64,000 bases of DNA from Macrostomum lignano. Taxonomy: Eukaryota. Positions within the stretch are counted from its first letter, which is position 1, and every line of letters starts with the position of its first letter. The DNA is taken from NCBI GenBank assembly GCA_002269645.1, contig NIVC01000106.1:186001-250000 (forward strand), in the 5' to 3' direction. Positions 43,001 to 54,895 of the stretch are shown one piece after another. The notes below the pieces were generated by a model. That model was not told the DNA's origin and ran no database searches. It saw only the letters and a program-made list of their open reading frames with translations. The position numbers and the translations under genes were made by a program.

Positions 43001-45799
43001 AGCTGTGATTCGCACAAAGACCAAATCACCGGGCGCAAAAAGTCGAAAATTTGGACAATAAGCTAAGGCTAGATCATAAGGATTAACTATATTCTTGGCT
43101 GTGAGGTTCTACCCTCATCCGCTTCCTGGACTGCGAGTATAAAAATAAATTCTATGAAATTATGATTTGATCATTTGAGACTTGTCCAAATTTACGGCCA
43201 GCTTATTTTTGGAGGAAGCAGTGCTGACACTCAGTTTATCAGTACTGACACTCAGTTTATCAGTACTGACACTCAGTTTATCAGTACTGACACTCAGTCT
43301 TAAGTTTTGCACTCCTGATATACCCAAAGTGAGACACTGCTGACACCCAAAGTGAGGCACTGCTGACACCCAAAGTGAGGCACTCCTGACACCCAAAGTG
43401 AGGCACTCCTGACACCCAAAGTGAGGCACTGCTGACACCCAAAGTGAGGCACTGCTGACACCCAAAGTGAGGCACTCCTGACACCCAAAGTGAGGCACTG
43501 CTGACACCCAAAGTGAGGCACTGCTGACACCCAAAGTGAGGCACTGCTGACACCCAAAGTGAGGCACTGCTGACACCCAAAGTGAGGCACTGCTGACACC
43601 CAAAGTGAGGGACTCCTGACACCCAAAGTGAGACACTGCTGACACCCAAAGTGAGACACTGCTGACACCCAAAGTGAGGCACTGCTGACACCCAAAGTGA
43701 GGCACTGCTGACACCCAAAGTGAGGGACTCCTGACACCCAAAGTGAGGCACTGCTGACACCCAAAGTGAGGCACTGCTGACACCCAAAGTGAGGCACTGC
43801 TGACACCCAAAGTGAGGGACTCCTGACACCCAAAGTGAGACACTGCTGACACCCAAAGTGAGACACTGCTGACACCCAAAGTGAGGCACTGCTGACACCC
43901 AAAGTGAGGCACTCCTGACACCCAAAGTGAGGCACTCCTGACACCCAAAGTGAGGCACTGCTGACACCCAAAGTGAGGCACTCCTGACACCCAAAGTGAG
44001 GCACTCCTGACACCCAAAGTGAGGCACTGCTGACACCCAAAGTGAGGCACTGCTGACACCCAAAGTGAGGCACTGCTGACACCCAAAGTGAGGCACTGCT
44101 GACACCCAAAGTGAGGCACTGCTGACACCCAAAGTGAGGGACTCCTGACACCCAAAGTGAGGCACTCCTGACACCCAAAGTGAGGCACCGCTGACAGCCA
44201 CAGTGAGGCATTCCTGACAGCCTGTTTCCACTCTCCTGACATTTCTATCCAAGCAGGCAGGAGTAAAAGTGGCGGCACTCGCGTCAAACCTATAATAAAA
44301 TCTGTCAAATCAGACGTTAAAACCCAGGAACAACTGAAGCAGCTGTTGTTGTTTTTATATTTTTCTGTAATACCAAAAACTTTGAACAGCAGCAGTTGCT
44401 GTGCCTTTTGTCCCGTCGAATGTGCATCAGCAAAGAAAAGAAACTTTTGCTTTATTCCACAGTTGCTAAATAAAATAATCTGGCTTTGGCCAAACTTTTC
44501 TGCCCCCAAATTATCAGTGATGGCTGCAGAACAGCTTCTATTGGTTTTGCTTCTGCTATTGCTTGTCAGTTCCAAAAACTGAAGAAAAAAACTGTTTGAT
44601 AGAAGGAAGGCTTTGAAAAGCAATTAATTATTCAAGTGCTGCATGAAAATCTCTCTTTTAAATTGATTTATTAGACAGTTGTTTTGTGACAACAGTGTAG
44701 AGGGTGATTCAAATCACTAAAAGTGATTGAGCTAAGATACTTGAATTGAGGAGTTAGTAGAGAAGATAGGTAGAGAGTTGATGAGACAGCAAGAGACAGG
44801 AAGGGAGAGACAAGACAGGGAGGGAGAGACCAGACAGGAAGGGAGAGACCAGACAGGGAGAGACCAGACAGGAAGGGAGAGACCAGACAGGAAGGGAGAG
44901 ACCAGACAGGGAGAGACCAGACAGGAAGGGAGAGACCAGACAGGAAGGGAGAGACCAGACAGGAAGGGAGAGACCAGACAGGAAGGGAGAGACCAGACAG
45001 GGAGAGACCAGACAGGAAGGGAGAGACCAGACAGGAAGGGAGAGACCAGACAGGGAGAGACCAGACAGGAAGGGAGAGACCAGACAGGAAGGGAGAGACC
45101 AGACAGGAAGGGAGAGACCAGACAGGAAGGGAGAGACCAGACAGGAAGGGAGAGACCAGACAGGGAGAGACCAGACAGGAAGGGAGAGACCAGACAGGGA
45201 GAGACCAGACAGGAAGGGAGAGACCAGACAGGTAGGGAGAGACCAGACAGGGAGGGAGAGACCAGACAGGTAGGGAGAGACCAGACAGGTAGGGAGAGAC
45301 CAGACAGGAAAAGAGAGACAAGACAGGGAGGGAGAGACCAGACAGGGAGGGAGAGACCAGACAGGTAGGGAGAGACCAGACAGGGAGGGAAAGACCAGAC
45401 AGGTAGGGAGAGACCAGACAGGGAGGGAGAGACCAGACAGGGAGGGAGAGACCAGACAGGTAGGGAGGGACCAGACAGGGAGGGAGAGACCAGACAGGGA
45501 GGGAGAGACCAGACAGGAGAGACCAGACATGCACCAAAACAACTCCCAGATAACTCACACACAATAGACGATCTCCCTCCTTGAGGCCTGCACTCCAAGC
45601 CGGAGACTCGGGCGTCACTTTCGTTACCATGACAACGATCTGCTGCAAAATGTTTTAAGCATATTTAAATAAGAATTAATTATGATTTCGAAGCTTCAAT
45701 GCGAAATAAGCTTCGTTAAACCCCAATCAAACGGGTTCGGTTGAACCTAAAATGAAAACACTAAGACAGACACTAAGACAGGCAGACAAAAGGAAGGGC

Positions 45800-45880
<81 letters not shown>

Positions 45881-45892
45881 GGCAGACAGACC

Positions 45893-45960
<68 letters not shown>

Positions 45961-46023
45961 GGCAGACAGACAGGCAGACAGACAGACAGACAGGCAGACA
46001 GACAGACAGACAGGCAGACAGGC

Positions 46024-46054
<31 letters not shown>

Positions 46055-46243
46055 GCCGCCACCCCGAATCCGCACCAGCTCATCAGGAGGCCGGCAGCTA
46101 GCAATTTTGATGCCCCAGACGGTCGGGTTAGGTCCGCATCGTCGCACGATGACTGTGCGCACCATCCCGCCGCTATAACGCAAAGATGCTGAATGAGATG
46201 TCGCCGGCGACTTGAATGGGGCTGTCGGTGTTTCCGAAAACGT
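34098..46243 (-). CDS. PDZRN3: PDZRN3/PDZRN4 (LNX3/4) family PDZ protein with two PDZ domains
   Basis: Phase-0 exons 46243-46076, 45642-45559, 35760-35329, 34940-34098. PDZ1 ..[35 protein letters not shown]; PDZ2 QKLGLTLFY..GDRIVRING..LLVARP; family motif EWVVKRRPDGSRYVTRRP. Confidence 0.9.
35103..35275 (+). repeat. 23-bp minisatellite, about 7.5 copies, intronic
   Basis: GATATTCCCGACCTTGAGCCAGT. Confidence 0.97.
35815..36110 (+). repeat. About 19-bp GGCGCC-containing purine-rich minisatellite
   Basis: GGCGCCAAAGAGGAAGG(G/A)A. Confidence 0.9.
36668..39390 (+). repeat. 23-26-bp minisatellite, about 115 copies, with a 1236-bp higher-order duplication
   Basis: GGTGTAAACTGTGAT(ATT)AAACTCCC; rare variants recur at +1236 (37145/38381 and 37400/38636). 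Confidence 0.98.
39622..39804 (-). pseudogene. Possible Gypsy-type gag remnant
   Basis: LAESC...F....E.VLEDCFL resembles the LR.LA..C.F.....E..LRD.F pattern of Ty3/Gypsy gag, recalled from memory. Confidence 0.3.
39965..41425. repeat. 21-bp minisatellite, about 70 copies, open in one frame for 480 codons on the minus strand
   Basis: CCAATCTCAGTGTCT(G/A)TC(C/T/G)CT; minus-strand translation is (TEIGGTD)n. Confidence 0.97.
41955..42605 (-). repeat. 21-bp minisatellite, about 31 copies
   Basis: CTACCCCACTGTCTCCCTTGT, the reverse complement of the 12430-13003 unit. Confidence 0.98.
43225..44220 (+). repeat. 23-bp minisatellite, about 39 copies, preceded by about 3.5 copies of a 21-bp unit
   Basis: GACACCCAAAGTGAGGCACT(G/C)CT, preceded by CTGACACTCAGTTTATCAGTA. 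Confidence 0.97.
44785..45530 (+). repeat. 19/15-bp minisatellite, intronic
   Basis: GACCAGACAG(GAA)GGGAGA. Confidence 0.96.
45800..46053 (+). repeat. (CAGA)n microsatellite, intronic
   Basis: Direct reading. Confidence 0.98.
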
Positions 46244-46255
46244 CTGGAAGGAAGG

Positions 46256-46294
<39 letters not shown>

Positions 46295-46599
46295 GCAGGT
46301 GGCAGTAATATGAAATTTCATAAAATCGAACTTGAATTCAGACCCAGTCGGGAAAAAACTCTTGAAGCCAGCTGAAAAGAACAAGCAAGCGCAGACTGCA
46401 TGCTCTGGAGCAGCGCGATCTATTTCAAGTTGCAAAATGGGTTTAAGCAGGTCAATTGAGTGGAGAATTGAACTCGTGTGTCAATCAACAAACTGGCTGA
46501 CCTAAACGCTCCCACGTAGTCAAGGAGATTTATTGATTTAATATCTGGCGTGGATTATCATTACCTTTGATCTGTCTAATTTGTGAATTATGTTTAGTT

Positions 46600-46850
46600 T
46601 GTGAATTGTACAGTTTGTGAATTGTCCAGTTTGTGAATTGTCCAAATTCACAGTTTGTGAATTGTCCAGTTTGTGAAGTGTCTGGTTTGTGAATTGTCCA
46701 GTTTGTGAAGTGTCCAGTTGGTGAATTGTCCAGTTTGTGAATTGTCTGGTTTGTGAATTGTCCAGTTTGTGAAGTGTCCAGTTGGTGAATTGTCCAGTTT
46801 GTGAATTGTCCAGTTTGTGAATTGTCCAGTTTGTGAATTGTACAGTTCGT
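46600..46850 (+). repeat. 16-bp minisatellite
   Basis: TTTGTGAATTGTCCAG. Confidence 0.95.
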
Positions 46851-47369
46851 GAAGTCTTCAATCCAGACACCTACATTCACAGTTGTCTTTGGCTGGTACA
46901 ACCAGAACAATTACCAATCGATCGACAACTATAAGCACCTGCGCTGTGGATCAGCTAGAGAAAAAACTGGTCCAAGTAATATTCTGTATAAAATATGAAT
47001 TATGAATCGGCTAATTTAGTAAGACAGTCTGGTCTAGCCATTGTGAGTGATTGTGTGGGAGTGTCTAAGTGGCCAGGGCCTACAAAATGGAGGCGCAGGT
47101 TTTCGCATCTGTGTGCTCTTGGGTTTTTTTAAATAACTGATTAATATGCTGCCTATCAATATGAATTATGAAGTGCTGAGTGACTCATTCAAAACACTCT
47201 TATTGGCAGCTATTAAACAAAAAATTTCTACACAAAGGCCCATCTCTTACTGTTGCGAATTTATGCGGGTAGGAAAGACAAAAAAATGGCGGACAAAGCG
47301 AAAAAATGGATGAAAGATTCGATTTTGCTTGACAGTTTTATGGCAACATATCGTCTGGTGCCGGTGAGA

Positions 47370-48030
47370 GTGGGGAGGGAGAGAAGGAGAGGTGGAGTGA
47401 GAAGGGAGAGAGAGAGAAGGAGAGTTGGAGGGAGAAGGGAGAGAAGGAGAGGTGGAGTGAGAAGGGAGAGAAGGAGAGGTGGAGTGAGAAGGGAGAGAGA
47501 GAGAAGGAGAGTTGGAGGGAGAAGGGAGAGGAGAGGTGGAGCGAGAAGGGAGAGAAGGAGAGGTGGAGTGAGAAGGAAGAGAAGGAGAGGTGGAGTGAGA
47601 AGGGAGAGAGAGAGAAGGAGAGTTGGAGGGAGAAGGGAGAGAAGGAGAGGTGGAGTGAGAAGGAAGAGAAGGAGAGGTGGAGTGAGAAGGAAGAGAAGGA
47701 GAGGTGGAGTGAGAAGGGAGAGGAGAGGTGGAGTGAGAAGGGAGAGGAGAGGTGGAGTGAGAAGGGAGAGGAGAGGTGGAGTGAGAAGGGAGATAAGGAG
47801 AGGTGGAGTGAGAAGGAAGAGGAGGGGTGGAGTGAGAAGGGAGAGGAGAGGTGGAGTGAGAAGGGAGAGGAGAGGTGGAGTGAGAAGGGAGATAAGGAGA
47901 GGTGGAGTCAGAAGGAAGAGGAGAGGTGGAATGAGAAGGGAGAGGAGAGGTGGAGTGATAAGGGAGAGGAGAGGTGGAGTGAGAAGGGAGAGGAGAGGTG
48001 GAGTGAGAAGGGAGAGCAGAAGAGGGAGGT
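47370..48030 (+). repeat. About 24-bp GA-rich minisatellite
   Basis: GAGAAGGGAGAGGAGAGGTGGAGT. Confidence 0.93.
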
Positions 48031-48369
48031 GTTAGGGAAATGCAGTGAAGCTGTCAGACAGAAAGTTGCAGAAAGCACATGATGAGCTCGCGCTGACAAA
48101 GTCTAAATAAAAAGCGCAGAGTTCAGCGATACAGAAGAAGAGCAAAGGTTATATTTCAATGATTTCATGTGCCTGTGACAGTCACAGACAGGTGACTCAG
48201 TCATAAATGCTCACAAATCTACTACAGATCCTACCTGACAACATTAGGCATTTTGACGTTCCATTTCATTGGGCTAGCCCAGAAATAAAACAATTATCTT
48301 TTGCTGCAAAATTAACCTGTTTTTGAGCACTGATGCGTATAGACTTCGGCTTTCGAGTAGGATGCCTCC

Positions 48370-48546
48370 ACTGACTGACTGACTGACTGACTGACTGACT
48401 GACTGACTGACTGACTGACTGACTGACTGACTGACTGACTGACTGACTGACTGACTGACTGACTGACTGACTGACTGACTGACTGACTGACTGACTGACT
48501 GACTGACTGACTGACTGACTGACTGACTGACTGACTGACTGACTGA
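48370..48546 (+). repeat. (CTGA)n microsatellite
   Basis: Direct reading. Confidence 0.99.
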
Positions 48547-48602
48547 TATCAATACAATAAATTAGCACAGCAACATATCAGAAGGAAGGCAGGAAAACTC
48601 AC

Positions 48603-48722
48603 CATAGAGAATCTCCTATGTCCAAAACCAGCATGGTTTGTAGTCGTGGAAGATTGAATTAGCGAATCGACAGGAAAATTTTGCTGACTGGTTTCAGTGG
48701 TTTGTAATTGAAACAGCATCAT
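48603..48722 (-). CDS. Candidate first coding exon of the PDZRN3-like gene
   Basis: ATG-started 40 codons (MMLFQLQ...RRFSM) ending at a strong phase-0 donor (gtgagt) compatible with the acceptor at 46243; no homology support. Confidence 0.35.
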
Positions 48723-49029
48723 GGTTAATTAATAGTTAATTTCAAGACAATTTAAAGATTTAAGACTCAATAAATCTGGATTCGATAAGCTATTTATATG
48801 CCAGAAAGGTGAAGTCGGTGATTAATGAACCATACAACAGTTTAACAAATTTGAAGCCTAGACTAGACCTCTCGAGAGAGTCTGTCTGGGGAAGGGGTGG
48901 GTGTCCTGTCCGAGCCAATTAGAGTTCACTTCACCGGTGAGTGGCGGCTGGCTTGGCTGGCCAAGGGCCTCCTTGTTCAGAGTGCATGAAATCTTTCTGA
49001 CAATAATTATAAACTGAACAGTGATTTTA

Positions 49030-49725
49030 ACTGGCGCCACGATTCTTTATTTGGCGCTACGATTTGTAATTTGGCGCCAGGACTCTCAAATTGGCGCCAC
49101 CATTCCTAATTTGGCGCTACGATTTGTTTTTTGGCGCCACGGTTCCTAATTTGGCGCCACTGTTCCTAATTTGGCGCTACGATTCGTTATTTGGCGCCAA
49201 GATTCTTAATTTGGCGCCACGATACTTTATTTGGCGCAACGATACTTAATTGGCACCACGATACTTTATTTGGCGCCACCATTCTTAATTGGCACCACGA
49301 TACTTTATTTGGCGCCACCATTCTTTATTTGGCGCCACCATTCTTAATTGGCACCATGATACTTTATTTGGCGCCACCATTCTTAATTGGCACCACGATA
49401 CTTTATTTGGCGCCACCATTTTTAATTTGGCACCAGGACTCTCAGTTTGGCGCCAGGACTCTCAATTTGGCGCCACGATTTGTTATAAGGCGCCACGGTT
49501 CTTAGTTTGGCGCGCTGATTTGTTTTTTGGCGCCACTGTTCCTAATTTGCCGCCACTATTCCCAATTTGGCGCCATGATACTTTATTTGGCACCACAATA
49601 CTTTATTTGGCGCCAAAATTCTTTATTTGGCGCCAAAATTCTTAATTTGGCGCCACGATGACGATTCTTTATTTAGCGCCGCTATTCTTTATTTTGCACC
49701 ACGATTCTTAATTTGGCGCCTCGGT
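49030..49725 (+). repeat. About 20-bp GGCGCC-containing degenerate minisatellite
   Basis: TTTGGCGCCACGATTCTTAA / ..ACTTTA variants. Confidence 0.92.
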
Positions 49726-50289
49726 TCTTTTTTCAGTGCTGCTGAAGGACAGCATGTCAGATAACTCAATGCTCCTTTAAGGCCAAGACAACGGAAGCTT
49801 CAGGTTGCCAGGCCTTCTATCACAATTAATCAAAGCTATTTTGGAAACATTTTTGCTATTTTTTTCTCGTTTTTGTCGATTCAAGCTCCAACTTGTCAGG
49901 CCAAACAGCAGGCAATGAATTATGATTATAATACCTCTGGAACGGAAGACCCTTCCATTTCTCAGTAAAAGATCTTATCTCTAATCTGCCCTTACGCTGC
50001 AGTACGAGTTGCGGTTTCAGTTATGATTTATTACTCTTGAGCAAGTTAGACAGATTGCTTATCTATCTGAGACAGAGGCTGCAATACTTGTAGCAATATG
50101 CTCTTGAGAGTGGCTTGTACTCAGATTTTTTAGTCTGTTAAGTTTTGTTGTCAAGCCGACTGGGTACTGGAAGACAGAAGCTCCCGTATTTGAGCTTTGA
50201 AGTTCGGAATGTTCAAACTCGTATGTGGACTGAAGGACAGACCGGCTTCTTTGTTGGGCCTTGCGTTTGCAGAGTGCTTGTTGTTTGAC

Positions 50290-50514
50290 AGTCAGTGAGT
50301 GAGTGAGTCAGTGAGTGAGTGAGTGAGTGAGTCAGTCAGTCAGTCAGTCAGTCAGTCAGTCAGTCAGTCAGTCAGTCAGTCAGTCAGTCAGTCAGTCAGT
50401 CAGTCAGTCAGTCAGTCAGTCAGTCAGTCAGTCAGTCAGTCAGTCAGTCAGTCAGTCAGTCAGTCAGTCAGTCAGTCAGTCAGTCAGTCAGTCAGTCAGT
50501 CAGTCAGTCAGTCA

Positions 50515-50557
<43 letters not shown>

Positions 50558-51110
50558 AGTCAGTCAGTCAGTCAGCCAGTCAGTCAGTCAGTCAGTCAGT
50601 CAGTCAGTCAGTCAGTCAGTCAGTCAGTCAGTCAGTCAGTCAGTCAGTCAGTCAGCCAGTCAGCCAGTCAGTCAGTCAGCCAGTCAGTCAGTCAGTCAGT
50701 CAGCCAGTCAGTCAGTCAGTCAGTCAGTCAGTCAGTCAGTCAGTCAGTCAGTCAGTCAGTCAGTCAGTCAGTCAGTCAGTCAGTCAGTCAGTCAGTCAGT
50801 CAGCCAGTCAGTCAGTCAGTCAGTCAGTCAGTCAGTCAGTCAGTCAGTCAGTCAGTCAGTTAGTCAGTCAGTCAGTCAGTCAGCTAGTCAGTCAGTCAGT
50901 CAGTCAGTCAGTCAGTCAGTCAGTCAGCCAGTCAGTCAGTCAGCCAGTCAGTCAGTCAGTCAGTCAGTCAGGCAGTCAGTCAGTCAGTCAGTCAGTCAGT
51001 CAGTCAGTCAGTCAGTCAGTCAGTCAGTCAGTCAGTCAGTCAGTCAGTCAGTCAGTCAGTCAGTCAGTCAGTCAGTCAGCCAGTCAGTCAGTCAGTCAGT
51101 CAGTCAGTCA
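50290..51110 (+). repeat. (CAGT)n microsatellite, about 200 copies
   Basis: Direct reading; begins with (GAGT)n. Confidence 0.99.
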
Positions 51111-51469
51111 ATCAGGCAGGCAGGCATTTAGTGCCCGAGAACTTTTAAAACTTCCCCCACGCAACCCCCTAAACTCCTTTAGCAGAGTGAGGCGGGGCGG
51201 TCGAGGGCCCCTGCCTGAGAAGCCTGACAAATGATTCACAAGAATGTTGCGACAACTATTGCAGCCTGTTCTGTCTCCAGATAGATAAGCAATCTTAAGC
51301 CTTACTAACGAGCTATGATATTATTTCATGGTTCCAACAAGTAATAAATCATAACTGAAACCGGCAACGCGCTAGATCCTTTACTGAGTAACATTAAAGG
51401 GTTTTGTCGTGGAGATCGGGAACTAGAACCTGGAGTCCCAACTCTTTTAGTCTGGAAAGACCCCACATA

Positions 51470-51609
51470 TAGGATTTTCGGTTCTCAATCTCAACCAACT
51501 CGGAATAATTTGTGCCCTTATTGAGCAGGACACTTAACTCTGCATTGCTTCAGTTCACCCAGCTGTAAAATGGGTGCCAGAAATAGCTGGGGTAATTGAG
51601 GGTGTGTGT
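51470..51609 (+). mobile_element. Degenerate tRNA-derived SINE, copy 1, followed by (CAGA)n at 51610-51828
   Basis: GTGCCCTT..TGAGCAGGACACTTAAC...CAGTTCACCCAGCTGTAAAATGGGTGCC core typical of invertebrate SINE2 families; homologous to the copy at 52428-52601. Confidence 0.6.
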
Positions 51610-51650
51610 GAGACAGACAGACAGACACACAGACAGACAGACAGACAGGC

Positions 51651-51707
<57 letters not shown>

Positions 51708-51720
51708 CACAGACAGACAC

Positions 51721-51813
<93 letters not shown>

Positions 51814-52427
51814 TAGACAGACAGACAGTGAACACAGATGACTATCTACGAGTCAAAAGGATCGGGCACCAGACAGATGACCACACAGACAGAGTTGGAA
51901 AACAGGACTAGAATGCCTGCATGCGAAGGCTTAAAGACTTCAGACAAAGGGTTTGTCCGACAACTGGATCTGTCAAATTCTCTATAGCAGGCGCAGGCGG
52001 GCCCCGCCGCTGGTACGGCACAGGCATGGTTTAACACTGATGTCGGCACGTGTTTGACAGAGCTGAAAGCCAAATCTGTCGGCTGACAGAAGTGCGTGCG
52101 TGAGTGTGACAAGTGAGGCTCATACGAGACCAGAAAAGCGGCCAATTCAGGCTCATTGCCGGTTTTGTTTATGTCGTTCCGAATTCAAAGCAGCAGCATA
52201 TTGACACATATCGAGATAATTGCTGAGCATATTTTTGCTCACTATAATTAGTATCAGCAATTCTTTGTTTCCAATTATTTTTTTGATTTCAAGCAAAATT
52301 TAAATTTAAATTTAAATTTAAATTGCATTAAAACTTACTTAGGCTACTTAGAGTAGGGTCGTAGACATGTATTAATATTTTCTTTTGCATCAATAGGTAA
52401 ATAATAATACAATGATAATTGATTAGA

Positions 52428-52601
52428 CCTGCCAGCAGCTATTGCGCGGCGCATCTGAAGGCTGCGTACGGCTGTTCAGTCCAAGGACTGGGGGTCGCCA
52501 CACACACCCTCAGTTACCCCAGCTAATGCTGGCATCCATTTGAAGCCTTTCAGTCGTGAGTTGGACGCTCTAGGCTACTAGGCTGCAACCCTAAAATCGC
52601 A
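52428..52601 (-). mobile_element. tRNA-derived SINE, copy 2 (inverted, internally deleted)
   Basis: The minus strand starts with the box-A-like GGTTGCAGCCTAGTAGCCTAGAGCGTC and shares AAATGG.TGCCAG..A.TAGCTGGGGTAA.TGAGGGTGTGTG with copy 1. Confidence 0.6.
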
Positions 52602-53164
52602 ATTCGTCAGTTTGTTGACTTGATAGATTGGTTGTCATGGCAACTGCAATCGATCGTAACTGCCTTCTGTTTTAGCTCAGAATCTTTGAATTTGATTGAT
52701 AGATAGCATTGTCTAAGTTTTTTTAACGAAGGCTTCTTTGATTGCTGCTTTGTGTTGGGCCCCTATTGTTCTCAGGCATCGGTAGTTTCTATAACTATTG
52801 AGGGTGCTTGCTGCTTCTTAATTGGGTAGCCTGGGCCAGAAGATTGGGATGCATTTCACAAAAGACAATTGAAAGTGCAAGTGCTGAGATGTATGGAGTG
52901 GTTAAACTGCTGACTAGTGTGTTGAGAGCAGAGTATAGGAGAGAATTGAGAAGAGGCAGGAGAGAGGGATATTGAGGTTTCCTCGTGTGTAAGAAGAGAC
53001 GAAACGAAAGAAACCAGGAAAAAGGGAGGGAATGAGAGAGGGGAGTGGAGAATCCTCAACCCCCCTCCACCCAAGCACCTGGAAGTTGGTAACGCAGGTG
53101 CTTACATGTCAGCGAAGTGAGTGCCAATATTTTGAATATTTTATATTATTTCTCTGGGCTAATG

Positions 53165-53345
53165 CTTCGTAAGAGGAGAGGAGAGAAGAGAAGAGGAGAG
53201 AAGAGAAGAGGAGAGAAGAGAAGAGGAGAGAAGAGAAGAGGAGAGAAGAGAAGAGGAGAGAAGAGAAGAGGAGAGGAGAGGAGAGAGAGAGATAAGAGGA
53301 GAGGAGAGAAGAGAGGGGAGGAGGAGAGAGAAAGGAGATTAGAGC
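53165..53345 (+). repeat. 15-bp GA-rich repeat
   Basis: GAGAAGAGAAGAGGA. Confidence 0.92.
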
Positions 53346-53791
53346 AGAGAGAATCAAGAGGCTGCAGTTCTAATGAATTCCAGCCAGTTTGATATTTGAC
53401 TCAGTCCTCAAGCCCCTGAGCAAACTGCAGTTATGACACCAATCAGCACAGCACGACTTCAGAGCAAACCTCGCCTCCCGTGTGTTTGGTCAGCCGGTCT
53501 CACGAACTGGAAATTGGATTGCGCAGAATCGCTGCCGCGGCTGCAGCAGAGCCCAACCAATACGTATTTGAGTTTTAGAGGGTTACAATTGGAATCAATT
53601 ATTCAACAGATTTGTTCAAGCTAGAGAGATTATTCTTGCTGAGCAGAAATTCCCAGACCGAGTTGATTGCTTGCGAGTTGACAGGTCGTATACTGTTAAG
53701 GAACGAAGATTGGGCGTGGTTTTGAGGTTGCAGAAAAATCGGTTGACATGAGTTTGGGGAGGATTTGCTTTAGAACTTTCGGGTTAAAAAG

Positions 53792-54732
53792 CGCAGACAG
53801 ACACTCAGGCAGACACTGAGACAGACACTGAGACAGACACTCAGACAGACACTCAGGCAGACACTCAAACAGATACTGAGACAAACACTGAGACAGACGC
53901 TAAGAGACAGACACTGAGACAGACACTGAGGCAGACACTGAGACAGACACTCAGACAGACACTCAGGCAGACACTCAAACAGACACTCAGGCAGACACTG
54001 AGACAGACACTGAGACAGATACTGAGACAGACACTGAGACAGACACTGAGACAGACACTCAGACAGACACTGAGACAGATACTGAGACAGATACTGAGAC
54101 AGACACTGAGACAGACACTGAGACAGACACTCAGACAGACACTGAGACAGACACTGAGACAGATACTGAGACAGACACTGAGACAGACACTGAGACAGAC
54201 ACTCAGACAGACACTGAGACAGATACTGAGACAGACACTCAGACAGACACTGAGACAGATACTGAGACAAACACTGAGACAGACACTGAGACAGACACTG
54301 AGACAGATACTGAGACAGACACTGAGACAGACACTGAGACAGACACTGAGACAGATACTGAGACAGACACTGAGACAGACACTCAGACAGACACTGAGAC
54401 AGATACTGAGACAGACACTCAGACAGACACTGAGACAGATACTGAGACAAACACTGAGACAGACACTGAGACAGACACTCAGACAGACACTGAGACCGAT
54501 ACTGAGACAGACACTCAGGCAGACACTCAAACAGACCCTCAGGCAGACACTGAGACAGACACTGAGACAGATACTGAGACAGACACTGAGACAGACACTG
54601 AGACAGACACTGAGACAGACACTGAGACAAACACTGAGACAGACACTCAGACAGACACTGAGACAGATACTGAGACAAACACTGAGACAGACGCTAAGAG
54701 ACAGACACTGAGGCAGACACTGAGACAGACAT
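53792..54732 (+). repeat. 12-bp minisatellite, about 78 copies
   Basis: ACAGACACTGAG with variants. Confidence 0.97.
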
Positions 54733-54895
54733 TGTGAAATGCTCTGAGACTGAAAGCCTCACAGCAGCTCACAGCCAGGCTGACCAATGAGAATCCATGC
54801 GGTTGCTAAGCAGCTCAGAACTCTCTGCTGCAGTAGAAAAGCACACAGCGGGCCCCCAACCCCAGCAGCAGAAGACAGACAGACAGACCAGCGCC

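Noticed and set aside
43160-44623. 487-aa Cys-rich ORF
   Set aside because: Mostly a 23-bp satellite open in all three frames; the unique part has no recognisable motif and would interrupt PDZ1 if spliced in.
51846-52145. 99-aa ORF in a GC-richer patch
   Set aside because: No motif or consistent splice signals were found; it may be a decayed TE fragment.
53420-53590. GC-rich exon-like patch upstream of the DEG/ENaC gene
   Set aside because: All frames close quickly and no phase-compatible link to a neighbouring gene was found.
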